This document shows positions 9,118-19,600 of a DNA stretch of 64,000 bases, one piece after another. Made by a program: the position numbers and the translations under genes. Origin of the DNA: Saprospiraceae bacterium (GTDB lineage: Bacteria > Bacteroidota > Bacteroidia > Chitinophagales > Saprospiraceae); NCBI GenBank assembly GCA_040007895.1, contig JBDTUE010000001.1:888-64887 (forward strand). The letters are read 5' to 3'. Each line of letters opens with the position of its first letter. The first letter of the stretch is position 1. The notes beneath the pieces are model-generated. The model was not told where the DNA came from. It was given only the letters and a program-made list of their open reading frames with translations, and did no database searches.

Positions 9118-10788
9118 TTATTCTTTTGTTATCAATTGAGGGTTTTGATAAATGAAATCACCAAATGAACTGAACTCTTTTTTCTTTACACTATATTGTT
9201 GAAGGAGTGGATCTAGAATACTTAAAATTTGTTCCTCGTTGACACTTTCGTACGATTTCATGTTTAAGCGTAAGCCCAACCGGTCTCCGCCGAGGTGCAG
9301 ATTATAATGTCCATATGAAGTTCCAACCAATCCTATCTCAGCTACATATGGCCTCCCGCATCCATTAGGACAGCCTGTCATACGGATACTGATTGGATCA
9401 TCCAGAAGTTCATACTTAGCCAGGAGTGGTTCAATCTTACCAACTAAAGTCGGCAGATATCGTTGACCTTCTGCAAGTGCAAGTGGGCAGGTATTCATGG
9501 CGACGCAAGCTATTGCATTCCTTCTCATAGGTGTAGCCTGCTCGGTATGCGAGATTATCTGGTATCGATATAAAATTTCTTCTATCTTCTTTTTATTTTT
9601 TTGACTTATATCACTAACAATCAATTTTTGATTGGCAGTGAACCTGAAATTTGCGAGACCGGTTTGTGCAATTTCATACAAAGCTGTTTTAAAGGCTACT
9701 TTTTCATTGGCTATTCTCCCGTTTTCAATGAATAAAGTATAATGCCATTTCCCTTCATGGTTCTGTAACCAACCAAAATGATCTGTGCGTTCGGTAAATT
9801 CATAAGATCTTTCTTTTTCAAATTTAAATCCACATCTTGATTCTACCTCTGCTTTGAATTGATCCACTCCCATTTTATCAATGGTATATTTTAGCCTGGC
9901 TTGTTTTCTATCTCCCCGATTGCCATGGTCGCGCTGCACGGTCATGATTTCATAGATAGCTTTTAGTGTTTTTTCTTCGGTATCAGTGAACCCAATGACG
10001 GTACCTAATCTTGGATAAGTCTCTTTATTTCCGTGCGTGGTACCTAATCCTCCACCAATAGAAATATTGAAACCTTTTAATTTATCGTTTTCAATAATAG
10101 CAATAAGGCCAATGTCATTCGTAAATACATCCACATCATTATTAGGAGGGATGGCTATTGCTATTTTAAATTTTCTTGGTAGATATCGATCCTGGTATAA
10201 TGGATCTGTTTCGTCTTCTTTTTTCAATAAAGGCTCTCTGTCGAGCCAGATCTCATAATACCCATTTGATTTTGGTAAAGCAAGCGTACTGATCTTATCT
10301 GCATATTGAAAAACTTCCTCATGAATTTTGCTTTCTTTTGGATGAGCGCTGCAGATTACATTCCTGTTTACATCCCCGCAGGCAGCAATACTGTCCAGAC
10401 GTTGGGCAGCAAAATCTTTAAGTGTGGGCTTTAAATGGGATTTTAAAATCCCATGCAATTGAATGGTTTGTCTTGTGGTGATTTTAATTACACCGGTACT
10501 ATGCTCACCGGCAATATGATGCATCGCAATCCACTGGGCTGGTGTCAAAAATCCACCTGGCAATCTCAACCGGATCATAAAGGAATATAACCACTCAAGT
10601 TTTTTCTGAGCCCGTTCATCCCGTTGATCGCGATCGTCCTGCTGATACATACCGTGATGTTTGATGAGGGATTGGTCATCTTCACGGATAGCTCCAGTGA
10701 GATTGTCTTCGAGACTTTGACTAAGCGTGCCCCGTAAACCATCGCTTTTCATCTTTATTTTTTCAACTTGTGAAAGGACTACACTCAT
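9118..10788 (-). CDS. cysI: Assimilatory sulfite reductase (NADPH) hemoprotein beta subunit
   Basis: 556 aa with TTRQTIQLHGI, and the CPLALAE and TGCPNGCGRP siroheme/4Fe-4S cysteine cluster. Confidence 0.95.
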   Translation of the reverse strand: MSVVLSQVEKIKMKSDGLRGTLSQSLEDNLTGAIREDDQSLIKHHGMYQQDDRDQRDERAQKKLEWLYSFMIRLRLPGGFLTPAQWIAMHHIAGEHSTGVIKITTRQTIQLHGILKSHLKPTLKDFAAQRLDSIAACGDVNRNVICSAHPKESKIHEEVFQYADKISTLALPKSNGYYEIWLDREPLLKKEDETDPLYQDRYLPRKFKIAIAIPPNNDVDVFTNDIGLIAIIENDKLKGFNISIGGGLGTTHGNKETYPRLGTVIGFTDTEEKTLKAIYEIMTVQRDHGNRGDRKQARLKYTIDKMGVDQFKAEVESRCGFKFEKERSYEFTERTDHFGWLQNHEGKWHYTLFIENGRIANEKVAFKTALYEIAQTGLANFRFTANQKLIVSDISQKNKKKIEEILYRYQIISHTEQATPMRRNAIACVAMNTCPLALAEGQRYLPTLVGKIEPLLAKYELLDDPISIRMTGCPNGCGRPYVAEIGLVGTSYGHYNLHLGGDRLGLRLNMKSYESVNEEQILSILDPLLQQYSVKKKEFSSFGDFIYQNPQLITKE

Positions 10789-10841
10789 TATATAAAAGTT
10801 ATTTCAATTATTTTAAATTCTTAATAATCAATCTTTATACA

Positions 10842-12524
10842 TTAATAGACATCGGCTTTGTAAATTCCGGATTCTTTTAATTCATTCCAATAGGCTTCTG
10901 ATTCCGGAGCACTTTTCCCGCTATGTGCATAAATGACATCAATCATAGCTTTTTCTACATCTTCACTCATTGGACTACGTGTACCGCTGATAAAGATGTG
11001 TGCGCCTTGTTTTATCCATTCGTAAATTTCTTTGCCTTTTTCTGCAATGCGATGTTGAACATAAATCTTTTCTTTCTGATCTCTCGACCATGCAAGGTCT
11101 ACGTGATGCAATGTACCGGTAGATGCATATTGCTGGATCTCTGATTGGTAAAAGAAATCACTGGTAAAATGTTGTTCTCCGAAAATCAACCAATTCCGCC
11201 CGCTGGCTCCCGAAGAATCTCTTTCTTCTATAAAAGAGCGCATAGGGGCCATACCTGTGCCGGGTCCTATCAATATAATATCCGTTTCAGGAGAAGGTAA
11301 CCGGAAGGATTTATTTTTATGGATATAAAATTCCAATTCAGTTCCTTCTTCAAAATCAGATAACATTTCACTACATAAGCCATATCTCTTTTCTCCATCG
11401 ATCACGAACGTACTCTTACTTACCAAAATATGAACTTCATTTTCCCTGACCTGGGGCGATGAACAGATAGAATATAATCTTGGCAATATCTCGGTTAGTG
11501 AAGGTATAAGTTCTATAAACTGGTAAGGTTTCGATACTGGATAAATATTTAAAAGATCAATTAAGTCCATCCTGACTTTTGGAATACTTTGGCCAATGAT
11601 CTCGGCATACTTTTGAACCTGAGATTCTTTAAGGTATGCAATATTGAGTCTGTTAGTAAAAATGTCCAGTAAAGTATGTCCTGATCCTTTATAAGGTACG
11701 CTTAAATTAGGATCGACATTGACTGTTGTAAATATCTTTTCCAACACAGATTTCTTATTCCTGGGTATTATCCCCAAGGCATCACCAGGTTCGTACATTA
11801 CCGGTTCTTCCGTCTTTATTTCTATATGGTTTGTTTCTTTATTCGCAGTACGCCCGTTTAAATTGATTTTAGTTTTTATAATACCGTGATAATATTTTTT
11901 TCCCGTATTTATTTTCGGAGCTATAGGTAGTGTTGTTTCAATTTCATCTGCAGGGAATGAATTGATATAGGTCTGAAACCAGGTAGAAGCGATACTTTGA
12001 TATTCAAGATCACATCGTTGAATCGGAAAGATTGCCTGTGCTCCCAGTTGAGTTAATTTTTCATGAACATCTTCACCCGCTTTACAAAACATAGGGTAGG
12101 AGGTATCCCCTAAAGCAAGGACCGCAAATTCAAGATTTGGATATTTAACTTCCGAAGACATCAGATAATCAAAAAACTTTTTAGAGGAAGGTGGTGGATC
12201 TCCATCACCATGGGTGCTGAGAATGATTACAAGATTTTTTTCATGTGCCAATTCTTCCGGTTTGTACGTGTCCATCCCGGCAACTTTTACTTTGGCTCCC
12301 TGTTTTTTGCCAATTCCAGAAAATTCGATAGCAAGTTTTTTAGAATTGCCCGTATCTGTGCCGTATAGTATTGTAAATTTTTTAAGGCTGCTCGTTGAAA
12401 CAGTTTCCTTTGGAATAGTAGCTGAGATTAATCCCGCTATATAACCATTCATCCAAATCAACTCCTCTTTGGAAATCTTCTCTATAAAATCATTAAGCGT
12501 CCGTAGTTTTCCTTCAGATAACAT
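10842..12524 (-). CDS. cysJ: Sulfite reductase (NADPH) flavoprotein alpha subunit
   Basis: Flavodoxin domain (ILYGTDTGNSKKLA) followed by an FAD/NADPH domain (RLYSICSSP, GPGTGMAPMRSF, ...YKADVY C-terminus). Confidence 0.9.
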   Translation of the reverse strand: MLSEGKLRTLNDFIEKISKEELIWMNGYIAGLISATIPKETVSTSSLKKFTILYGTDTGNSKKLAIEFSGIGKKQGAKVKVAGMDTYKPEELAHEKNLVIILSTHGDGDPPPSSKKFFDYLMSSEVKYPNLEFAVLALGDTSYPMFCKAGEDVHEKLTQLGAQAIFPIQRCDLEYQSIASTWFQTYINSFPADEIETTLPIAPKINTGKKYYHGIIKTKINLNGRTANKETNHIEIKTEEPVMYEPGDALGIIPRNKKSVLEKIFTTVNVDPNLSVPYKGSGHTLLDIFTNRLNIAYLKESQVQKYAEIIGQSIPKVRMDLIDLLNIYPVSKPYQFIELIPSLTEILPRLYSICSSPQVRENEVHILVSKSTFVIDGEKRYGLCSEMLSDFEEGTELEFYIHKNKSFRLPSPETDIILIGPGTGMAPMRSFIEERDSSGASGRNWLIFGEQHFTSDFFYQSEIQQYASTGTLHHVDLAWSRDQKEKIYVQHRIAEKGKEIYEWIKQGAHIFISGTRSPMSEDVEKAMIDVIYAHSGKSAPESEAYWNELKESGIYKADVY

Positions 12525-13332
12525 GAATAGTTTGATTTTTGGTTATTGCGTTGATTGGATTAAAAACCGAAGCGGTATCCACTATTGTATTCAAAAATTC
12601 TGGAATGATTTGATGAATCATCTTACCAATAATAATGATAGACGGTGACTTGAATGAAATCTCTGAATCCATTTTCATAAAAGAGGATAACGTAAATATG
12701 GAAGTGCGCTGAGCTTTACTGGTTGCTTCTTCAATAATAGCAAGCGGCATTTCCGGATCTGCTTCATGTTCTACTAAAGCTTTAATTAGTTTTTTTAATG
12801 GACTTACTGACATATAAAAAACCAAGGTATCACTGGTCGTTGCCCAATGTTTTAATGTATTTTCATCAGGATTATTCGTTGAAGACATTGTATGAATCTG
12901 AACACCTTCAGCGATATCTCTGCCTGTCAATGCAATTCCAAGGCTTGCCGCAGCGCCCGAAGCTGCCGTAATACCCGGGATTATTTCATAAGAAATTCCT
13001 GCATTTAAGAGCGATTTGATTTCAGCCTGAACATTACTATATATTGCAACGTCACCACCTTTTAATCGGACTGTCTTCAATCCACTAAGTGCTTTTTGAA
13101 CTAAGAGTGAGTTGATACTTTTTTGATCTGTGGATTCTTTCTCATAACCCTGCTTTCCAACAAAAATAATTTCAGCATGTTTATTAGCATAAAGAGTAAT
13201 GATTTCTGGATTGACTAAACGGTCAATCAATATACATTCCGCTGAGTTTAATGCTTCAACTAAACGCATAGTCACTAAGCCCGGATCTCCGGGGCCAGCA
13301 CCAGCAAAAATGATATGTGGTTTATGCGCCAT
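12514..13332 (-). CDS. cobA: Uroporphyrinogen-III C-methyltransferase (SUMT)
   Basis: FAGAGPGDPGLVT N-terminal motif, VRLKGGD and IPGITAASGAAA are typical of the tetrapyrrole methylase family. It sits between cysN and cysJ. Confidence 0.9.
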   Translation of the reverse strand: MAHKPHIIFAGAGPGDPGLVTMRLVEALNSAECILIDRLVNPEIITLYANKHAEIIFVGKQGYEKESTDQKSINSLLVQKALSGLKTVRLKGGDVAIYSNVQAEIKSLLNAGISYEIIPGITAASGAAASLGIALTGRDIAEGVQIHTMSSTNNPDENTLKHWATTSDTLVFYMSVSPLKKLIKALVEHEADPEMPLAIIEEATSKAQRTSIFTLSSFMKMDSEISFKSPSIIIIGKMIHQIIPEFLNTIVDTASVFNPINAITKNQTIHVI

Positions 13333-13335
13333 GAA

Positions 13336-14601
13336 TTATTGTGCGATGGATTCCTGGGGAATTTGAAATAAAATAGCGGCAACTGTTTTATGGCTGGTTT
13401 CATCTATAAGGATAGCGCTACCGGTTGTTTTTGAAACTTCATAAGGATCATACGCTAAATCTGATGCAGTTTGAATCTGAACATGAGCAACCTGGTTGAG
13501 TTCTAATCTCTGAATGTCGGTCTCATGATTTAATGTGTTTACATTAATCCGGTAATGAATCGCCTTGACAGCAGCTTTAACCAATCTGCTATGTTGTTGA
13601 AGTAAATACTTATTGCCAACGATCAGTGGTTTTTCATCCATCCAGCAAAGTATAGCTTCATGAGTTTTAGTTACAATGGGTAATTCTGTAGATTTTACAA
13701 TTAAATCACCTCTGCTGATATCGATATCATCTTTTAAATGAAGCACTGCAGGTGTTCCGGCTTCGACGGAATCAACCACTTTTCCATGATGTTCAATCAT
13801 GGATATCGTAGAACTTAATCCCAAGGGTAATACGGTAACATGATCACCGGTTTTGAATCCATCGCCGGCCACCTGTCCCGCATATCCTCTATAATCATGC
13901 AGATCTTCCGTCTGTGGTCTTATCACGTATTGAACCTGGAACCTGGTTTCGCCTTCTTCATCGGATTTGTGCAATTCAATAGTTTCAAGCAAGGGTAATA
14001 AAGGTGTTCCGGTATACCAAGGCATGAAAGATGAAGGATGCACTACATTGTCTCCGCTTAATGCTGAGATGGGAATAAACTGAACTTGTCGCAGGTTCAA
14101 CTTCTCTGCTATTTCTTTATAGTCTTCTACTATTTGATTGTATCGTGCTTCATCGAAATCAACTAAATCCATTTTGTTAATTGTTACGACGATCTGTGGT
14201 ATTTTCAATAAGGAAGCAATGATGGAATGCCGGCGGGTTTGTTCTATCACTCCCTGGCGTGCATCAATCAATAAGATCATCAGCTCAGAATTAGAAGCAC
14301 CGGTGACCATATTGCGGGTGTATTGAATATGACCAGGAGCATCAGCGATGATGAACTTTCTCAATGGACTTGAAAAATATCTATACGCTACATCTATGGT
14401 AATACCCTGTTCGCGTTCAGCACGTAAGCCATCCGTGAGTAATGCGAGATCGATTTGTGTAGTCTTCTTTGCTTTGGATACTTTTTCCAATTGTTCGATC
14501 TGATCTATCCAGATGTTTTTACTGTCATATAACAACCGGCCTATCAACGTACTCTTACCGTCATCTACACTTCCTGCCGTAATTAATCTTAATAACTCCA
14601 T
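13336..14601 (-). CDS. cysN: Sulfate adenylyltransferase subunit 1 (GTPase), with no fused APS kinase domain
   Basis: GSVDDGKSTLIGRLL P-loop, DAPGH and NKMD GTPase motifs. At 421 aa it has no CysC extension. Confidence 0.95.
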   Translation of the reverse strand: MELLRLITAGSVDDGKSTLIGRLLYDSKNIWIDQIEQLEKVSKAKKTTQIDLALLTDGLRAEREQGITIDVAYRYFSSPLRKFIIADAPGHIQYTRNMVTGASNSELMILLIDARQGVIEQTRRHSIIASLLKIPQIVVTINKMDLVDFDEARYNQIVEDYKEIAEKLNLRQVQFIPISALSGDNVVHPSSFMPWYTGTPLLPLLETIELHKSDEEGETRFQVQYVIRPQTEDLHDYRGYAGQVAGDGFKTGDHVTVLPLGLSSTISMIEHHGKVVDSVEAGTPAVLHLKDDIDISRGDLIVKSTELPIVTKTHEAILCWMDEKPLIVGNKYLLQQHSRLVKAAVKAIHYRINVNTLNHETDIQRLELNQVAHVQIQTASDLAYDPYEVSKTTGSAILIDETSHKTVAAILFQIPQESIAQ

Positions 14602-14622
14602 TTCTATAAAACTTAATATCGA

Positions 14623-15531
14623 TTAAAAATATCCATTGATTTTTCGATCTTCCATAGCTGCTTCTGTTTGTCTGTCATCGATGCGGGTTTCTCCACGCTC
14701 ACTGATCTTACTGGACAAAATTTCAGAAATAACACTGTCTAGGGTATTTGCTGTAGATTCCACAGCAGCAGTACAGGTCATATCGCCAACTGTCCTATAG
14801 CGTACTTTTTTCTTTACTAAGATATCCGTTGGATCCAGTGTGATAAAAGGTGATACAGCTATGTACTGGCCTTCGTGCGCGATTACTTCTCTTTCATGAG
14901 AAAAGTATATGGAGGGCAAAGGAATATTTTCCTGGCGGATATAATTCCATACATCGATCTCTGTCCAGTTGCTGATAGGAAATACTCTTACATTTTCACC
15001 TTTGGTGATACGTCCGTTAAATATATTCCAGAGTTCAGGACGTTGCAGTTTAGGATTCCATTGTCCGAATTCATCCCTGACAGAAAATATTCTTTCTTTA
15101 GCTCTTGCTTTTTCTTCATCCCGGCGGGCTCCTCCGATGCAAGCATCAAATTTGAATTCTTCTATGGTATCCAGTAATGTATGAGTCTGCAACCAATTGC
15201 GACTGGCAAATTTACCAGTCGGCTCCGTTAAGTTCTTCGCCTTGATCGTATCCTCGACTTTCCGTACGATCAGTTTTGATTTCGTTTTTAAAGCAAGATC
15301 ATCTCTATAATCCAACGCTTCCTGGAAATTATGTCCGGTATCAATATGAACTAATGGAAACGGAATAGGAGCAGGGCTAAATGCCTTGATCGCAAGATAT
15401 ACTAATGTAATCGAGTCTTTCCCCCCACTAAACAATAATGCCGGACGCTCAAATTGTGCTGCGGTCTCCCGCATGATATAGATGCTTTCTGCTTCCAGCT
15501 CTTTAAGATGATGTATATGATGATTCAACAT
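14623..15531 (-). CDS. cysD: Sulfate adenylyltransferase subunit 2
   Basis: LKELEAESIYIMRE..., FSGGKDS PP-loop and DEEKARAKERIFS. The track start at 15576 overlaps cysH by 41 nt. The ATG at 15531 (MLNHHIHHLKELE) leaves a 4-nt gap and matches the usual CysD N-terminus. Confidence 0.9.
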   Translation of the reverse strand: MLNHHIHHLKELEAESIYIMRETAAQFERPALLFSGGKDSITLVYLAIKAFSPAPIPFPLVHIDTGHNFQEALDYRDDLALKTKSKLIVRKVEDTIKAKNLTEPTGKFASRNWLQTHTLLDTIEEFKFDACIGGARRDEEKARAKERIFSVRDEFGQWNPKLQRPELWNIFNGRITKGENVRVFPISNWTEIDVWNYIRQENIPLPSIYFSHEREVIAHEGQYIAVSPFITLDPTDILVKKKVRYRTVGDMTCTAAVESTANTLDSVISEILSSKISERGETRIDDRQTEAAMEDRKINGYF

Positions 15532-15535
15532 AAAT

Positions 15536-16270
15536 TTAATTCGATGTTTTGACCGGAGCATGGACGTGAAGTCCACACTCTTTATTTTCTTTATTTTCCC
15601 ACCACCATCTACCAGCTCTGAAATCTTCGCCTGGATTTATAGCCCGGGTACAAGGCGCACAACCAATCGATACAAAACCTTTATCATGAAGTGGATTATA
15701 TGGAATGTCGTGCGACCTGATAAAGGATTTTAATTCTTCAGTGCCCCATTGAAGTAGTGGATGTACTTTGATGACTTGATGTTGCTCATCCCATTCTACC
15801 ATTGGCATATGACTACGATCTGGTGAATGTGAAGCCCGAATCCCGGTAATCCAGATTTTTTTACCTGCTAAAGCTCGTTGTAGAGGTTCTACTTTCCGGA
15901 TAAAACAACATTGTTTTCTGTTATCCACAGATTCATAAAAACTATTAGGGCCATGGACTTCAATAAATTGAGCCAGAGAATTTTCCTGTGGGTGGTATGA
16001 TTTTATTGGTCTTTTATATTTCTCAAGAGTACGAGACCAGGTAGAATATGTTTCTGGGAAAAGTCTCCCTGTATCCAAAGTAAACGTTTCGATTCCGGAT
16101 TTACTTTCAGCGATCAGGTGAAACAGGACCTGATCTTCTTCACTGAAACTGGTAGATAAAGTAACAGCATGAGGATACCTTGTGTCCAGGGTCCTTAATA
16201 AGGTTACCAGATCCGTTTCTTCCTCAAGAAGTTGATTGATGTTATCGATATCGTTTTGTAAACTGGTCAT
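15536..16270 (-). CDS. cysH: Adenylylsulfate (APS)/PAPS reductase, thioredoxin-dependent; carries the Fe-S cluster cysteine pattern of the APS-reductase type
   Basis: KQCCFIRKVEPL plus SIGCAPCT (CC...CxxC) and the C-terminal KECGLH motif. Confidence 0.9.
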   Translation of the reverse strand: MTSLQNDIDNINQLLEEETDLVTLLRTLDTRYPHAVTLSTSFSEEDQVLFHLIAESKSGIETFTLDTGRLFPETYSTWSRTLEKYKRPIKSYHPQENSLAQFIEVHGPNSFYESVDNRKQCCFIRKVEPLQRALAGKKIWITGIRASHSPDRSHMPMVEWDEQHQVIKVHPLLQWGTEELKSFIRSHDIPYNPLHDKGFVSIGCAPCTRAINPGEDFRAGRWWWENKENKECGLHVHAPVKTSN

Positions 16271-16681
16271 TTTTTTTATTAAATAAAGTTGACAACCTGG
16301 GTTGTTTCATATTACACCGACTAAATTTTTGGAATGGAATGATCAAAAAAACAAGACGGCTGATGAATCAGCAATAGCAACAACAACAATAATACGCACA
16401 AGGAGAAGTTGTTGGGTTTCCGTTATGAGGTTGTCTTATCTTCATTCGATTTTTAACAGCGACAAAGATAATACCAAAAATCCTAACCTGACTAAGTTTG
16501 TGGACCAAAATCTTTTTGTATTGTGATTTTCAAAAAGTTAAGAAAAATTAAAATTCGACTAATGAGTTCCTGCTTCAAATAGATGGACTTTAGTTTAAAA
16601 ATTGAAATTATCTTCCTTGCATTCCTTAAAGATTCTTAGAATACACATAGCTTTACATCCATTCACCAACCAGGGATTTTT

Positions 16682-19600
16682 ATGAAATTACGCACTCGAC
16701 TGTTTAGTTTATTTATCGTTTTTGCCATTTTTCAAGCATGTAAAAATGAATCTGTAACGGCGCCAAATCCTGAATTAATAGGAAAAGTATTCAGATCATT
16801 TACAAAGGGAATTATTTCCTCCAAATCGCTTTTGAAATATGTTTTCCTTGAAGATATGGTTTCTGAAGAAATGGTTGGCAAACCTCTTGCCAAATCTCCG
16901 GTTTCATTGTCCCCGGCTAGTCCAGGGATTTCATACTGGGAAACTCCAAATACGCTTGTATTTAAACCAAATCAAAACTTAAAAAGTGGTAGTCAATATA
17001 CAGCAACAGTCAATCTTGAATCTATACAACCATCACTGTCTAAAGAGCTGCCAAAACTAGTATATACCTTTCAAACCAGGGAAATATCTTTTACGGTATC
17101 TAAGCCATCATTTATCCTGAAGGCAGATCGCAATTTTCAACTCATCGGTGAAGTTCAAACTTCTGATGTATCTGATCCCCTATTGATAGAAAAGATATTA
17201 AATGCGCAACAAGATCAAAACAAGCTGGATATTTCCTGGGTCCATCATCCCGAATCAAATAGTAGCAACTATACTATTAATAATATAACCCGGGCAAAAT
17301 CTTCACAGATATCAATTCATTGGGATGGTACTCCGCTCAATCTTAATAGCAAAGGTGATTATTTGATTCCAGCAATTGATCCAGATGTATTCAAACTTTT
17401 AGATGTGACTTTTGAAGCAGATCCTCAGGCTAGATGGGTTTCTTCATTTTCTGATAATCTTTTATCAAATCAAAACCTGGATGGTCTCATTACAGTTAAA
17501 GGAAAAGCGATTACACTTCGTCATGTGATTGAAGGGAACAATGTGTATTCTTATATCACCGGGCAGATCGATGGCGATATAACTCTTACATATTCTCCCG
17601 GGATCACTTCTTCCAATAACAAAAAGCTGACTGAGTCTACCTCCTGGGAAGTGAATGTACCCGGATCAAACCCTCAGGTCAGGTTTGTGGGAAAAGGAAC
17701 TATCATACCCCAGGCAAATGATATCATACTACCATTTGAAGCGAAAGGACTAAAAGCAATTGATGTCGAAGTATTTAAAATCTTTGATAATAATATTCTT
17801 CAATTTTTACAATCCAACCAACTCGACGAATCCAATGATCTATACAGAGTAGGCAGATTGGTATCGCAGTCAAAAATTGAATTAAATACGATTTCATCTA
17901 CAATCGGGACCAATACATGGAACCATTTTGCCATAGACTTGAATACCTTATTGAAAACAGATGCTAACGCCATTTACCAGGTGCGGATTGGTTTTAAACC
18001 TTCCTATACTTCGTTGACTTGTTTGTCTAAATACAAAGAATCGCCTCTTGAATCGGATGAATTAACCAGTTTTTATGAGGATAATTATTACGGTTCTGAA
18101 GGTTATTACGAGGATTATAAATGGGAAGACCGGGATGATCCTTGTAAACCCGCTTATTACAACCGGGATCAGTTCATTGCGAAGAATGTCCTGATATCTA
18201 ATCTGGGCATCATCGGTAAAGTTTCCGACAAACAACTATTCGTTGCAGTGACCGATTTAAGAACTACTGAACCAATAGCAGGATGTTCAATAGATGTTTA
18301 TGATTTTCAACTTCAGAAGATAGCAACCCTTACCACGGACGCTGAAGGTATAGTGCAACAAATGATTTCAGGCATTCCTTATGCGTTGATTGCAAATTAT
18401 CAGGGATCCAAAGGCTATCTGCGTATGGCTGAAGGTCAGAACTTATCTATGAGTGCATTTGATATTGATGGCCAGCAAGTGAATAAAGGATTGAAAGGAT
18501 TGATTTATGGAGAACGCGGAGTGTGGAGGCCAGGAGATAGTATTTATCTGAATTTCATTTTGAATGATAAGGAATTGAAACTACCGGCTAATCATCCTGT
18601 TAAACTGAATGTCTATGATGCACAAAACAAACTTGTCATTCAAAAGATCACTTCTCAATCTATCGGTCATATCTATTCATTTAATTTCAAGACATCCGCA
18701 GACGCACCTACCGGAAATTGGAGGGCATCTATCAAGGCAGGTGGGGCCGATTTTACTAAAACCCTGAAAATTGAAGCGATCAAGCCAAATCGATTAAAAA
18801 TCAAATGGGATGCTGGTGAAGAGATTACTGCGGCACAAAATTCTATTAATTTGAATGCAACGTGGTTGACGGGATTACAGGCTTCAGGTTTATCGGCTAA
18901 AATAAATTCGAAATGGTCACCTTCTGCTACCGGTTTCCCGGCTTATAAGGATTATGAATTTCAGGATCCCGCCAGGATGAATAACGATCAAACGAATCTT
19001 ACGTTGTTTGAAGGCCCGTTAGATGCTAGCGGTAATGCCAATGTCCCATTGAAAATTTCAAAAGATTTTAAGCCATCGGGCAAAATGAATCTTCGTTTTA
19101 ATATTGAAGTTTCAGAACCGGGCGGAGATTTTAGTTCGCAGGTCCAATCATCTGTTTATCATCCCTACAAAAATTATGCAGGTGTAAAATTGCCTGCTGA
19201 TCCATGGGGCTATAAGACGTTAAACCTGAATAATTCATCAACTATAAGTTTTGTCGACATCGATACGAAGGGTAAGTTTCAGGCAAACCGAAAACTATCG
19301 GTAGGGTTGTATGAATTGGAATGGAGATGGTGGTGGGAACAAAGGGACAATGCGGTAGCAGGTTTTAATTCATCCAATCATACCAAAGCAATACAAAAAG
19401 CTAATATCACTACCAATTCAAATGGCCTTGCAGAATGGAAAGTAAGTATAAATCATTGGGGCCGCTATTTAATAAGAGTATGTGATACGGAATCGGGCCA
19501 TTGCAGTGGTGACTTTGCTTATGCGGGTTGGCCAGATGAAGGTAATGATCAAAACCATTTTGATATGGCCACCTTACTGAGATTGGGTACTAACAAGGAA

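Noticed and set aside
16271-16681. The 74-aa ORF at 16302-16526, and a possible SAM or sulfur-responsive riboswitch or attenuator upstream of cysH
   Set aside because: The ORF lies in the divergent promoter region and has a low-complexity, Thr/Ile-rich composition with no motif. I could not match SAM-I or SAM-II core sequences by eye. The only structure is a short GCTGAT/ATCAGC hairpin followed by a T-run, which is too weak to call. A covariance-model scan would be needed.
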